Part shown: piece after piece, positions 22,638 through 31,262 of the stretch | How positions within the stretch are numbered: position 1 is the stretch's first letter | Layout: every line of letters starts with the position of its first letter | From: Methylorubrum extorquens | GTDB lineage: Bacteria; Pseudomonadota; Alphaproteobacteria; Rhizobiales; Beijerinckiaceae | Assembly (NCBI GenBank): GCA_900234795.1 | Contig: LT962688.1 | Coordinates: 450,001-482,000, forward strand | Direction of reading: 5' to 3' | DNA: 32,000 nt | Notes under the pieces: generated by a model | The model's input: only the letters and a program-made list of their open reading frames with translations | What the model was told of the DNA's origin: nothing | The model's database searches: none | Program-made: the position numbers and the translations under genes

Positions 22638-24779
22638 TTACCCAACCACCATCCACGACGCATCGAGTGAGACAGCGCCAAAACCTTGTTGTGTCACGTG
22701 ATTGCTCGCGGTGAGCTGCGCACCATTCATATTCCAGATATCAACCGATCCATTATCATTCTGCCACAAAACGTCTGCGTAGCCGTCCCCGTTGAAGTCG
22801 CCCGATCCAGCGACATGCCAATCCGATCCCGGGGCAACACTTAAGCCCCCGGCGGTCACGTGATCGCTTCTGACGAGCTGCGCACCGTTCATCGTCCAGA
22901 GATCTACCTGGCCGTTCGTGTTGCGCCACAGCAGATCGGCATGTCCGTTGCCCGTGAAGTCATTGACCGCTGCGATGCTCCAGTCAGGTCCTGGCGCGAC
23001 GATCGAACCCCCGGCTGTGACGTTCGCGCTTACGACAAGCTGGGCGCCGTTCATGGTCCACAGATCGAGGGCACCACTGGCGTTCCGCCACAGTATGTCC
23101 GCCCGACCATCACCCGTGAGATCGGTGGCTGCGGCGATGCTCCAGTCGGACCCTGGCGCTACGACGGTGTTGCTAGCGGTGATCGGGTTGCTGCCGACAA
23201 GCTGCGAGCCAAACATGGTCCAAACGTCGAGCCTGCCGGTGTTGCTGTTCCGCCAGAGGATCTCACTCGCACCGTCTCCAGTGAAGTCGGCCGTATCGGC
23301 GACCTGCCATTCAGGCCCGAGCCTCACGGGCGTGTTGCCGACGGTGACATGGTTGCTTGCCACTATCTGATTGGCGAGAGGGCCACCGCCCATCGTCCAG
23401 ATATCGATGCTGCCATCGACGTTGCGCCACAGGACGTCAGTTGTGCTGTCGCTGTTGAAGTCGCCCGTGCCAGCGACGCTCCAGTCAGAGCCCGGGGCAA
23501 CGGTCGTCCCGTTGGAGCTGATGAAGTTGTTTCCAAACAGGATCTCGTTACCGCTCATGGCCCACAGTGCGGTCTGACCCCCGGTGTTATGCCAAATAAT
23601 GTCCGTATTGGTGTCGCCATTCACACTGGTAGTGGAGCGCGGACCGATTATGGCCCCGGCTATATCCGTGTCCCCAGCCGCGATGCGATCATAAGCAAGA
23701 GCCAAGCGCCTGCCGCCGATGTTGATCAGATCCATAGAGTCAACAGAAACCGCATTCGCTATCAATACATTGCTTCCGACAGCGCTGCCATTGGCATCGT
23801 AGGTTTCCCCGACGATCATATTCCGGGCGTTATCGAACCAGCTAACGAAAAACCCGCCGTCATCCAACGCAGCGACAGTCGAATTAGTTTGATTCCCGGT
23901 GACATACTCATTGACTAAGAAGTCACCCCTAATAACTGTTCCGCGACTATCTACAACGGCCGCATGAATATCGGTCTGGCCTCGATCTGTGTCAGTCCAT
24001 GTAAAAACAAATCTGTCATTAGATAAGGCTGCAGTATCAACCTCATACTGCTCACGCTCGCCAAAAGAGCTTGACAGCAAACCACTGTTCAGCCCTTCTC
24101 CGTTCGACGTAAATATACTATATCCAAGCTGATCGGGTGGACGTACTGTATTCCCATCTGACTGGGATTGATACGCCACCACAAATGTCCCGTTTGCCGC
24201 AGCAGACATGGATGGGTCGGTGCGATTGGTTGCGGTCCACTGCCTCTGAAACGAAAATCCAGTCTCAAAGAATGTATTTGAAGCAACAGTAATCGTATTT
24301 ATTGTAAATCCGTTCCAGATAGCAGCATAAATCCCACCCCTATCTGTACCGCTTACACCCAAGCCTTCGTAGGCGACAACGTAACCATTGCCAGGAAGCC
24401 CAGAAATAGATAGGTCGTCCGTACTCCGCGATGCAGTTATATTTTCTGTCGCGGCATAACTCACGGCTTGATTATCGATATTGTACCTATTAACAGACGT
24501 GGTACCGCCAGATTGATAGACTGCAGCCAAGCCTCCAGATGTAAGGCCCGCAAGCGAAGCATTTTGGGCCCGTGGACCTGTAAGGGCGAATTCTTGTCCA
24601 GCAGTGTTAAATGCAAATCCGAATAACTGAGCTTCAATATTTGAAAAGGCAGCATTGTTCCAAGAAACAATCCAATTACCTCCTTGAAGATAAGCGGCAG
24701 AGGGGTTGTTCTGTGAAAACCCGTTGTCAATTTGATTAACTTGTGACAGCGAAGCCACAGGCAACAGCCGAGTCGTCAT
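22638..24779 (-). CDS. 713-aa two-domain beta-propeller-like protein: degenerate N-terminal repeats plus a C-terminal FG-GAP/VCBS propeller
   Basis: The C-terminal half has at least six blades of the pattern GDF(N/T)GDGxxDxLWRNxxGxxDxWxMNGAQL. The N-terminal half has repeats such as NSTVAALDDGGFFVSWFD and ANGTFVVAYQSQSDG. I see no obvious signal peptide. A sampled 60-nt stretch in the 5' half gave 47% GC. Confidence 0.85.
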   Translation of the reverse strand: MTTRLLPVASLSQVNQIDNGFSQNNPSAAYLQGGNWIVSWNNAAFSNIEAQLFGFAFNTAGQEFALTGPRAQNASLAGLTSGGLAAVYQSGGTTSVNRYNIDNQAVSYAATENITASRSTDDLSISGLPGNGYVVAYEGLGVSGTDRGGIYAAIWNGFTINTITVASNTFFETGFSFQRQWTATNRTDPSMSAAANGTFVVAYQSQSDGNTVRPPDQLGYSIFTSNGEGLNSGLLSSSFGEREQYEVDTAALSNDRFVFTWTDTDRGQTDIHAAVVDSRGTVIRGDFLVNEYVTGNQTNSTVAALDDGGFFVSWFDNARNMIVGETYDANGSAVGSNVLIANAVSVDSMDLINIGGRRLALAYDRIAAGDTDIAGAIIGPRSTTSVNGDTNTDIIWHNTGGQTALWAMSGNEILFGNNFISSNGTTVAPGSDWSVAGTGDFNSDSTTDVLWRNVDGSIDIWTMGGGPLANQIVASNHVTVGNTPVRLGPEWQVADTADFTGDGASEILWRNSNTGRLDVWTMFGSQLVGSNPITASNTVVAPGSDWSIAAATDLTGDGRADILWRNASGALDLWTMNGAQLVVSANVTAGGSIVAPGPDWSIAAVNDFTGNGHADLLWRNTNGQVDLWTMNGAQLVRSDHVTAGGLSVAPGSDWHVAGSGDFNGDGYADVLWQNDNGSVDIWNMNGAQLTASNHVTQQGFGAVSLDASWMVVG
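22641..23627 (-). repeat. Coding tandem repeats of about 190-200 bp (FG-GAP blades)
   Basis: Repeated DNA and protein blocks encode the successive blades (DVLWRN..DIWTM, EILWRN..DVWTM, DILWRN..DLWTM, DLLWRN..DLWTM, DVLWQN..DIWNM). Confidence 0.7.
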
Positions 24780-24816
24780 AAAATCCCCAATGCTTTGAAA
24801 ACGTTCTTATAACTCC

Positions 24817-24845
24817 ATCCTAGGCTTGGCAATTCGAGGGGTCAA
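24817..24845 (-). promoter_or_regulatory. Sigma70-like promoter for the FG-GAP gene: TTGACC-N17-TAGGAT
   Basis: On the minus strand, TTGACC is the complement of 24840-24845 and TAGGAT is the complement of 24817-24822, with an exact 17-nt spacer. The region is AT-rich and sits about 35-60 nt upstream of ATG 24779, which has a GGGGA Shine-Dalgarno. Confidence 0.45.
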
Positions 24846-24918
24846 TTAAAAATCGCTCGCAGGCTGAAGTCTGCTTTAGGTACCGGTATTAGCTGCATTG
24901 TGGATCAAAGCTGCTGGT

Positions 24919-25080
24919 TCAGAGCAAACCGAGCCAGCCGATCAGGAAAATTACAGCGAGCAGGACGAGCCCGAGCAAGGCGCCCCGGATCGCACCTGTC
25001 ACGCATTGCTGCAGGATCGGCGGCGCCGCCTGTGCCGCCGTAGTCTCCCGATGCCATTGGTCGATCAAGGTTTGGCGCAT
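24919..25080 (-). CDS. Possible small tail-anchored membrane protein (53 aa)
   Basis: From ATG 25080 the sequence is MRQTLIDQWHRETTAAQAAPPILQQCVTGAIRGALLGLVLLAVIFLIGWLGLL, with a C-terminal TM segment. It lies between the portal stop and the FG-GAP promoter. The start choice is uncertain (the track ORF begins at 25143). Confidence 0.35.
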   Translation of the reverse strand: MRQTLIDQWHRETTAAQAAPPILQQCVTGAIRGALLGLVLLAVIFLIGWLGLL

Positions 25081-25174
25081 GATGGCACGTCGAGACCGGC
25101 AAAGCTGCCGAGCGAACATCAATCGTGTACGCGCACTCGTCAATCTCGCCGTGGTGTCTAGGGGCGCAAAATCG

Positions 25175-27514
25175 TCATGCGGGCGGGCCCATCATCTCGG
25201 GCGCGGGCTGACCAAGCGCGCCGGGGTCAAAAGAAAAGGCGCCCGGAGGCGCCTCGATGAAGTCGGTGGGGAGCGCTATGGGCGGCGGCTCCGGTTCGGC
25301 AGGCGGCGCCGGCAGCGGCGCGGCTGCCATCTCTTCCATGATCATCGAGACCACTTCGGAGAGCTGCGCGACGGCGGCGACGATCGCGTCGAGGCGCGGG
25401 TCGGCGGCGGGCGCGGTGCCTTCCATGCCGGGCATCTGCGGGCGGTTGGCCTCCATCACGCGTGCCTCGGCTTCGATCTGCGCCTTCTCGATCTCGGCCT
25501 GGATCTTCATCACGTCGGCCTGGAGCTTCTCGCGCTCCACGGCGAGCTTTTCCATGTCGAGCTGCTGGCGCCCGGCCTCGATCTGCTGCTGGCGCTCCTG
25601 CTGCGCCATGGCAGCCTGTTCCTGCGGCGAAGGTGGGACCGGCGGCGGCGGCGCCTCGCCGCTCTCCTCGGCCTCCTGCGCCTGGATCTGAGGCGGCAGC
25701 ATGGTGCGGATGCGCTTGGCGATCTTGTCCGCCATCGGCCAATCCTGCGCCTTGGCCAGCAGGTCGAGAACGAGGGGCGCAAGCTGCGGCGCGGCCTGCA
25801 CCAACTGGATCATGCCGTCGAGCGCAGCCTCGCGCCGGGTCGTGTAGCTCGGGCCCATCTCCATCGCGACATCGTAGGCGCCGACCGTGACGTCGTTCTG
25901 GATCTTGTCGAGCGGCTGCCCGTCCTCGGCGAGGCCGCCCACCTGGTTGATCTCGACGAGGTCAACCTTGCCGTCCTCGCCCACGATCCGAAGCGTCCGA
26001 GCGGTGTCGTAGACGTGTGGGATCATCCCGCAGACGATCGCGCCCGTGTGCCGGATGCTGCGCGAGAAGTTCACGATGTAGACGAACGAACCGACGTCGC
26101 CCTCGCGCTGGCGAGCCTGGATCGCCTTGCCCGAGGTCTCGTTCGAGCGGGCGCCAAGCGAGGCGTCATAGACGCCAGTGACCGCCTTCATGTCCTCGGC
26201 CGCCTCGCGGGTCAGCTCGGCGAGGCCGGCGGAGGCGATGGGCGGGGTCGAGCGCTCCGGCCGCGCTGTCGGCGACTTCTCATCGACATTGTAGGGCAGG
26301 AAGGGGTGGTTCGTGCTGTTGGCCGTGTCCCAGATCGACTCGTAGCCCTTGAACATCTTCTCGGTGCCGAGGAACGGCGCCTTGGGCTGGAGCGCTACCA
26401 CCTCCGTCTGGGTCGAGCGGGCATAGTTGTAGGCGCGTTGCGCATCCTTCGCGAACCGGATCACGCCGCGACGGGCGCGGCGCTTGCCGATCGTCATCTC
26501 GACGCCGACGACCGGCACCACCGGGATGAAGCGGCCGGGGATCTCGGTCGGACCGTCAAGCACGGCGTTCGCGCTGATGACGTAGCGCTCGACACGGTGG
26601 CCGGGGCGCTTCTCCACCCGCACCCGAGCGCCCTCCGCCTTGGCCGCCTCGACCAGCGCCATCTTCTCGGCGTGGTCCTCGGCCGCTTCGTCGGTCAGGT
26701 CCAGGATCTCGCCGTCGGGCATCAGGGCGAGCTTCTTCTGGACGGGCGTCTTGGTGTAATACTCGGCGATCCGCACCATGTCGGTGCCCGCCCACTCGGC
26801 CATGCCAGCGGCCGACAACTCGCTGTCGCCGATCTCGGCGGCCGGGTGATCCGGATAGGTCTCCTCGTAGACGTCCCGGCTCATATCGACGGGAACGAAG
26901 CAGAACTTGGCGTCCTCGCGCGTCGGCAGCACCGCATCCGGGTCCCAGCGGACACCGACACCGTCGGGCACGCCGACGATGCGGATCTCTTGCTCAAACG
27001 TCGTGTCGGAGCCGTATTCTGTGATGACCTTCCAGTGCCCGATGCCGGCACCGACCTGCTGATCCGCCGCCGCGAAGTAGGCCGAGGGCGCGTCCGAGCG
27101 GTTCTCGACGTATCGCACCATGCCGGCGATGACGTCCGCGGTCTCAGGGTCGCCGCGGCTATCCACCGGCACGACCTTGATGGCCGGACGCATCTGGCGA
27201 ATGTCACCGGTGATCTGGGCGATGGTGGTCGGCAACCGGTTGAATTCCAGGCACGGTCGGCCCTCGTCCTCGCGCGCTTGCTTCTCCCGCGCGGGCCACT
27301 GCGCGCCAGGGGTCTCGAGAAAGTCGAGGTCCTCGTAGGCGTCCGTGCGGTTCTGGCGGTCGAACTCATCGGCGCGGCGCCACCGCTTTTTAGCGAGGTC
27401 GAGCACCTTCGCGAAGTCGTCGCCCTTGGTCTCGGTCGACGCCTTCGCCGAAGCCTCGGTCACATCCGGGTCCGTCGCGTCCGCCAGCGCGGCGCGCTTG
27501 GTCTTTCTGGCCAT
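25175..27514 (-). CDS. Portal protein, P22-like, with long C-terminal coiled-coil (barrel-type) extension (779 aa)
   Basis: The start is ATG 27514, 4 nt after the TerL stop; the track ORF extends upstream in Arg/Ser-rich sequence. Blocks recalled from P22 gp1 match: LDFLETPGAQWP, MRPAIKVVPVD..ADVIAGMVRY, GAGIGHWKVITEY, IAEYYTK and GRFIPVVPVVGVE. The C-terminus is Gln/Glu/Ala-rich and helical. Confidence 0.9.
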   Translation of the reverse strand: MARKTKRAALADATDPDVTEASAKASTETKGDDFAKVLDLAKKRWRRADEFDRQNRTDAYEDLDFLETPGAQWPAREKQAREDEGRPCLEFNRLPTTIAQITGDIRQMRPAIKVVPVDSRGDPETADVIAGMVRYVENRSDAPSAYFAAADQQVGAGIGHWKVITEYGSDTTFEQEIRIVGVPDGVGVRWDPDAVLPTREDAKFCFVPVDMSRDVYEETYPDHPAAEIGDSELSAAGMAEWAGTDMVRIAEYYTKTPVQKKLALMPDGEILDLTDEAAEDHAEKMALVEAAKAEGARVRVEKRPGHRVERYVISANAVLDGPTEIPGRFIPVVPVVGVEMTIGKRRARRGVIRFAKDAQRAYNYARSTQTEVVALQPKAPFLGTEKMFKGYESIWDTANSTNHPFLPYNVDEKSPTARPERSTPPIASAGLAELTREAAEDMKAVTGVYDASLGARSNETSGKAIQARQREGDVGSFVYIVNFSRSIRHTGAIVCGMIPHVYDTARTLRIVGEDGKVDLVEINQVGGLAEDGQPLDKIQNDVTVGAYDVAMEMGPSYTTRREAALDGMIQLVQAAPQLAPLVLDLLAKAQDWPMADKIAKRIRTMLPPQIQAQEAEESGEAPPPPVPPSPQEQAAMAQQERQQQIEAGRQQLDMEKLAVEREKLQADVMKIQAEIEKAQIEAEARVMEANRPQMPGMEGTAPAADPRLDAIVAAVAQLSEVVSMIMEEMAAAPLPAPPAEPEPPPIALPTDFIEAPPGAFSFDPGALGQPAPEMMGPPA

Positions 27515-27518
27515 CGTA

Positions 27519-28775
27519 TCAGGCACCCATCCAGCCGCCGCGGCGACGGCCGCTCGCGCTGCCGATCTTGAGCGGGGCCGTCGGCTCCTGGAGCGCAACC
27601 GCGAGGTAGCGGAAGGCATCGGCGCCGTGGCTGGCCCAATCGTGCAGCGGGTTCTTCGAAAACTGACCCGTGTTCGGGTCGACGTCGTACCGGTAGTTTC
27701 TGAGGCACTGCAGTCCGTCGGAGCAGGCGTCAGCATCGAACCAGCAGCGCGAGAACAGCGTGCGGGCAGCGTTGATGCCCTCGGCGACGCCGAGCTTCGG
27801 CGTGATGTGAACCTTGAAGCCTGCGGCCTCCATCTGCTGCGCGATCGTCCGCTCGGAGCCCAGCAGCTCGTTGGTCGCGTCGTGCGGCAACCAGTGGTCG
27901 CCGTAGACGTAGGGCCGGCCCTGGAGGTGCTTCAGGTAGTGCCCGAGCGCGTGGCCGCGGTTCTGGTAATAGTCGATGATCCGGAACTCGAAGCCGACGA
28001 CCTGCGCGAACCAGATCGCGGTCATGTCGGCCCGGCCGAGATCCCAGAACGTGTGCACCGGCTTGGTGCCGTCGTAGGGCACGCGGGTGAAGCGGCTGGC
28101 CTCCGTCGCGGCCATGATCTCGTTGGCGTAGATCGCGCCGTCGAGCACCACCTTGCAGTGGCCGTCCCAAACCGTGAGGTAGGCCGCTGGATCGCGCGCC
28201 TTCAGGTCGAGCGCCTCCTGCTTCAGGACGTCCGGGAACCAGGGGTTGTCCTGCCAGCCGATCTTCACGACCTTGGCGCCGGTCGGCGGGTTCTTCACAA
28301 ACCGCTTATAGGTCTCGTCTTCCTCCAACTCCGGGTTGAAGCTGATCCAGATCTCCGACCCTTCCTTGCGGATGGTGGGAATCAGCACGTCCCAGGAGGT
28401 TTTCGAGACGGTGCGGGCCTCCTCGACCCAGCACACGTCGATGCCTTCGGTCGATTTCACTGAGGCGACGTTGTGCCGGAGCCCCTTGAAGATGAACTCG
28501 GTCCCGTTGGCGCCGAGGATGCGCTTCTCTTGGATCTCGTAGAAACCGGAGAGGCCGAGGAGGTCGATCTGCTGGCTGAGCAGCGCGTGCGCCGATTCCG
28601 CAATCGAATTCTGGAACTCGCGGGCGCAGAGCACGCGGATCTTCCGCTGCGCGCCCATGATGAGGAGTGCCCGCCCGAAGCCCCACGACTTCGCGCCGCC
28701 ACGCCCCCCGTAAGCGATCTTGTAGCGGGCGGGCTCGAAGAGGAAGTCGAGCCGCTCCGGGAACTCAACTGTCAT
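27519..28775 (-). CDS. terL: Terminase large subunit, PBSX family
   Basis: There is a Walker A-like YGGRGGAKSW, then VLCAREFQNSI and DVCWVEEA (Walker B). Nuclease-domain blocks include FWDLGRADMTAIWF, HDA and HGADAFRY. Confidence 0.95.
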   Translation of the reverse strand: MTVEFPERLDFLFEPARYKIAYGGRGGAKSWGFGRALLIMGAQRKIRVLCAREFQNSIAESAHALLSQQIDLLGLSGFYEIQEKRILGANGTEFIFKGLRHNVASVKSTEGIDVCWVEEARTVSKTSWDVLIPTIRKEGSEIWISFNPELEEDETYKRFVKNPPTGAKVVKIGWQDNPWFPDVLKQEALDLKARDPAAYLTVWDGHCKVVLDGAIYANEIMAATEASRFTRVPYDGTKPVHTFWDLGRADMTAIWFAQVVGFEFRIIDYYQNRGHALGHYLKHLQGRPYVYGDHWLPHDATNELLGSERTIAQQMEAAGFKVHITPKLGVAEGINAARTLFSRCWFDADACSDGLQCLRNYRYDVDPNTGQFSKNPLHDWASHGADAFRYLAVALQEPTAPLKIGSASGRRRGGWMGA

Positions 28776-29049
28776 CGGAGGGCGCGGGCCGAATGAAGTG
28801 CACGGTCAGGCCGACCGGGATTGCGCCGCCCTCGCCATCGCCATCAATGGGTTGGCTGGGCTTGCCATAGCCGCGGTCGAGAATGGCGTTCGCGGCCGCC
28901 ACGCGTGCAGCCTCGCTCTCGCCTGCGGTCGCGATCTGCACAAGGACCGCGAGGGCCGCTTCGGTGTGCTCGCGGGCGGCGTCACGGACGCGCGCAGAAG
29001 CCTTCGGGCGACCGCCAGGGTTGCCCGACTGCCCAGGTTGGAAAGCCAT
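28765..29049 (-). CDS. Putative small terminase subunit (DUF5681-like, 94 aa)
   Basis: The N-terminal motif FQPGQSGNPGGRPKA is typical of the small proteins encoded upstream of terL in alphaproteobacterial phages. It overlaps the terL start by 11 nt. Confidence 0.6.
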   Translation of the reverse strand: MAFQPGQSGNPGGRPKASARVRDAAREHTEAALAVLVQIATAGESEAARVAAANAILDRGYGKPSQPIDGDGEGGAIPVGLTVHFIRPAPSDDS

Positions 29050-29156
29050 TGATAGGGCCTTGTTCTCAGAGGGCCATCAGCCCGTCCGCTGCTCGCCGGG
29101 CGTAAGACGGGAGTGGGTCGCCAGAACCTTGCCGACCTTGAAGGCGGCCTCAGTCT

Positions 29157-29477
29157 CTACCGGGCGCCGCATCCGATGCAGATGTCGTGCACCACGCGCT
29201 CGCGCTTCGGTCCCGTCGCCTGATTAGGCAGGCGGCCGCCGGTATCTCGGACGGCTCCTTGGCCAGTCAGCATCCACGGCCGTTTGACCGGCGTGTCATC
29301 TACAGCGCGGGGCGGTTCAGGCACCTGCCGCTCAATCAGCGCCGAACCCTGCGTGCCTGCGATGTTAGGCGTCTGAGGCTCCTGCCGCTCGATGAGCGCC
29401 ATACCCTGTGCAGATGCGCTGCCTGACATGAGGAGGCCGAACAGCAAAGCGCAGACCGATCGGTTTGGTGCAGCCAT
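29157..29477 (-). CDS. Small exported protein with internal repeat (106 aa)
   Basis: It has a signal-peptide-like N-terminus (MAAPNRSVCALLFGLLMSGSASAQG), a duplicated ALIERQ(E/V)P(Q/E)xP segment, and a C-terminal ICIGCG. Confidence 0.5.
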   Translation of the reverse strand: MAAPNRSVCALLFGLLMSGSASAQGMALIERQEPQTPNIAGTQGSALIERQVPEPPRAVDDTPVKRPWMLTGQGAVRDTGGRLPNQATGPKRERVVHDICIGCGAR

Positions 29478-29531
29478 CGACGCCTCCTGTCGGCACTAAA
29501 CGCCGCGCCTGAGCCGTTGGTTCGCGTAGTG

Positions 29532-29804
29532 TCAGGCCGCCACGCGGAGAGTGTTGGGCGAGCCGCCGAGGTCGTCGGTCGGCAGGCCGCGGGAGGGGAC
29601 CACGCCGACCTCCCAGAGCGAGTGCCCGAGGTGCTTCAGCGCGTAGGCATGAGCATCCGCGGCGCAGCCGAATTTCTCGGCACGCTCGACGCTCTTCGTC
29701 CAGATCAGCGGGCGCCAGCCGTTGGCGTTATCGCCTGCAGTGTCGGAGTGCGCGAGGAAGCGTCGGGACGTGCCGGCGCCGAAACGGACAGCGTAGACCA
29801 TCAC
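29532..29804 (-). CDS. Hypothetical protein (90 aa)
   Basis: GTG 29804 or ATG 29801 overlaps the stop of the upstream ORF. It is the third gene of the recombinase operon. I recognise no family. Confidence 0.5.
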   Translation of the reverse strand: MMVYAVRFGAGTSRRFLAHSDTAGDNANGWRPLIWTKSVERAEKFGCAADAHAYALKHLGHSLWEVGVVPSRGLPTDDLGGSPNTLRVAA

Positions 29805-30010
29805 AGCCGGATCCTCGTGAGAACGTCGCGGGCGACCTCCGCCAGGACGGCGCTGGCCTCGTCGCGGGGCGTGGTGTCGAGCAGGGCGACCGGCTCCGGC
29901 AACGGGCGGAGGATGCCCTTGCGGCGGAGGTGCGCGCCGTAGGCCGTGGCCGCGGGTTCGATGCGGCCGAGGCTGATCGCCTCGTCACGGGAGACGGGGC
30001 GGTCGGTCAT
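29801..30010 (-). CDS. Hypothetical protein (69 aa)
   Basis: It has an ATGA overlap with the recombinase stop and high GC3. I recognise no family. Confidence 0.5.
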   Translation of the reverse strand: MTDRPVSRDEAISLGRIEPAATAYGAHLRRKGILRPLPEPVALLDTTPRDEASAVLAEVARDVLTRIRL

Positions 30011-30930
30011 AGGAAGCCTTTGCCGGCGTGGTTCTTGAAGGCCTTCGCCCGGCGGTCGTAGGCCTTGAGGGTCTTCACTTCGCGATGCCGGGTCACATCC
30101 ATGACCTTCAGCAGGTCGGCGCCCGCCTCGAGCGCGGAGGTGACGAAGCCGGCGCGCAGCGAGTGTCCGGAGAACAGGGCCGGGTCGAGCTTCGCGGCCT
30201 CGGCGTAGCGCTTGACGATGTTGGCGACGGTCCGGTCGGTCAGGTCGAAGACGCGGCCTTCCTTGATGCCGGCGGCGGCGATCCAGTCCTCGACCGCCTC
30301 GACCGGCTTCAGCTTTCCGCCACGGGGAATCGCGACGATGTGGCCCTCGCCCTCCTGGTCCGTCTTCGACCGGCGGATATGGACGAAAAGCCCGTCGGGC
30401 GTGCGCTCCAGGTCGGCGACCGTGAGGCCGACGATTTCGGACCGGCGGAGCGCTGCGGCGAAACCGAGCAGGAGCACCGCGCGATCCCGCTTGCCGGTCA
30501 GCGTCTCGGGCACCTTCTTCAGCATGGCGCCGATCGCGCGGGCCGTGGCCGGTGCCTTGCGCTCGACGGCGACGCCGAGCCGACGCTTGATGCCCCGGAG
30601 CACCGCCTTCACGGCCTCCGCGTTGGTCGGCGGCTCGTGCCCGGCGATACGGTGCATGTAGCCGATAGCGGCAGCCCGCCGGACGATCGTGGAGGCCTTC
30701 AGCCCGCGGTCGGCGAGGCTGGCGAGGTAGGCCGCGACCGTGGCGGCCGAGGCCGGCGCGACGACCTGGTCGAGCCCCGCAGCCCAGCCGGCGAAATCGC
30801 TCCAGTCCGAGGCGTAGGCCCGCCGCGTCGCATCGCTTTTTTCAGCGAGCGCGTACTGCGCGGCCGAGGCCAGATGATCTTGGAAGACAACGACTTCCGC
30901 CGGTGCGACCGGCACCGGCAGAGTGGTCAT
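30007..30930 (-). CDS. Tyrosine recombinase, Cre-like architecture (307 aa)
   Basis: The N-terminal core-binding region (TRRAYASDWSDFAGWA...VAAYLASLADRGLKASTIVRRAAAIGYMHR) and the catalytic region (AALRRSEI, RRSKTDQEG, GHSLRAGFVTSA, RHREVKTLKAYDRR) parallel the Cre/INT_Cre_C layout, giving R...K...H-x-x-R...H...Y. Confidence 0.9.
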   Translation of the reverse strand: MTTLPVPVAPAEVVVFQDHLASAAQYALAEKSDATRRAYASDWSDFAGWAAGLDQVVAPASAATVAAYLASLADRGLKASTIVRRAAAIGYMHRIAGHEPPTNAEAVKAVLRGIKRRLGVAVERKAPATARAIGAMLKKVPETLTGKRDRAVLLLGFAAALRRSEIVGLTVADLERTPDGLFVHIRRSKTDQEGEGHIVAIPRGGKLKPVEAVEDWIAAAGIKEGRVFDLTDRTVANIVKRYAEAAKLDPALFSGHSLRAGFVTSALEAGADLLKVMDVTRHREVKTLKAYDRRAKAFKNHAGKGFL

Positions 30931-30985
30931 GAATGTTCCGGGAACGACCGTTATCGGAAAACCGGAGGCCTACTCTAAAGCCCGG

Positions 30986-31004
30986 TTTCGAGTGCTTTCG
31001 AGTG
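30986..31004. repeat. Direct repeat TTTCGAGTG x2 (10-bp period) next to a 7-bp inverted repeat, upstream of the recombinase gene
   Basis: TTTCGAGTG occurs at 30986-30994 and again at 30996-31004. AAACCGG (30959-30965) and CCGGTTT (30982-30988) are separated by 16 nt. All lie in the 80-bp gap between the 31011 stop and the 30930 start. Confidence 0.4.
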
Positions 31005-31010
31005 GCGGGA

Positions 31011-31262
31011 TCAGCCCGCTTTCCGAGCCCGCGGCATTCGCAGCTCGACGCTGAACGACCGCCTGGCGAACGTGCGCCGGCCGGTGCCGAAGGACAGCAT
31101 CTCAGGGATGCCGACCTGACGCCGGCCCCTGCTCACGAGGGCGAGGATGCGCTTGCAGTGTGCGTCCTTGGCTTCGAGGTACTCGGCTTGATCGCGGAAG
31201 CGCCGACGGCAGAAGGCGCGGGCCTCCTCCTCGATCGCCGTGAAAGTGGCGTGCGCGCTCAT
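31011..31262 (-). CDS. Hypothetical protein (83 aa)
   Basis: This is an ATG-initiated ORF with plausible composition upstream of the recombinase operon. I recognise no family. Confidence 0.4.
   Translation of the reverse strand: MSAHATFTAIEEEARAFCRRRFRDQAEYLEAKDAHCKRILALVSRGRRQVGIPEMLSFGTGRRTFARRSFSVELRMPRARKAG

Noticed and set aside
22641-23627. Regularly spaced repeats that could suggest a CRISPR array or a non-coding satellite.
   Set aside because: The repeats are about 190-200 bp, imperfect, and lie in frame within one long ORF. They encode successive FG-GAP blades.
25079-27571. An 830-aa plus-strand ORF, the longest plus-strand ORF in the track.
   Set aside because: It is exactly antisense to the P22-like portal gene. 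Its Arg/Gly/Leu/Asp-rich, low-complexity translation is typical of shadow frames in about 70% GC DNA, whereas the minus-strand product has clear portal motifs.
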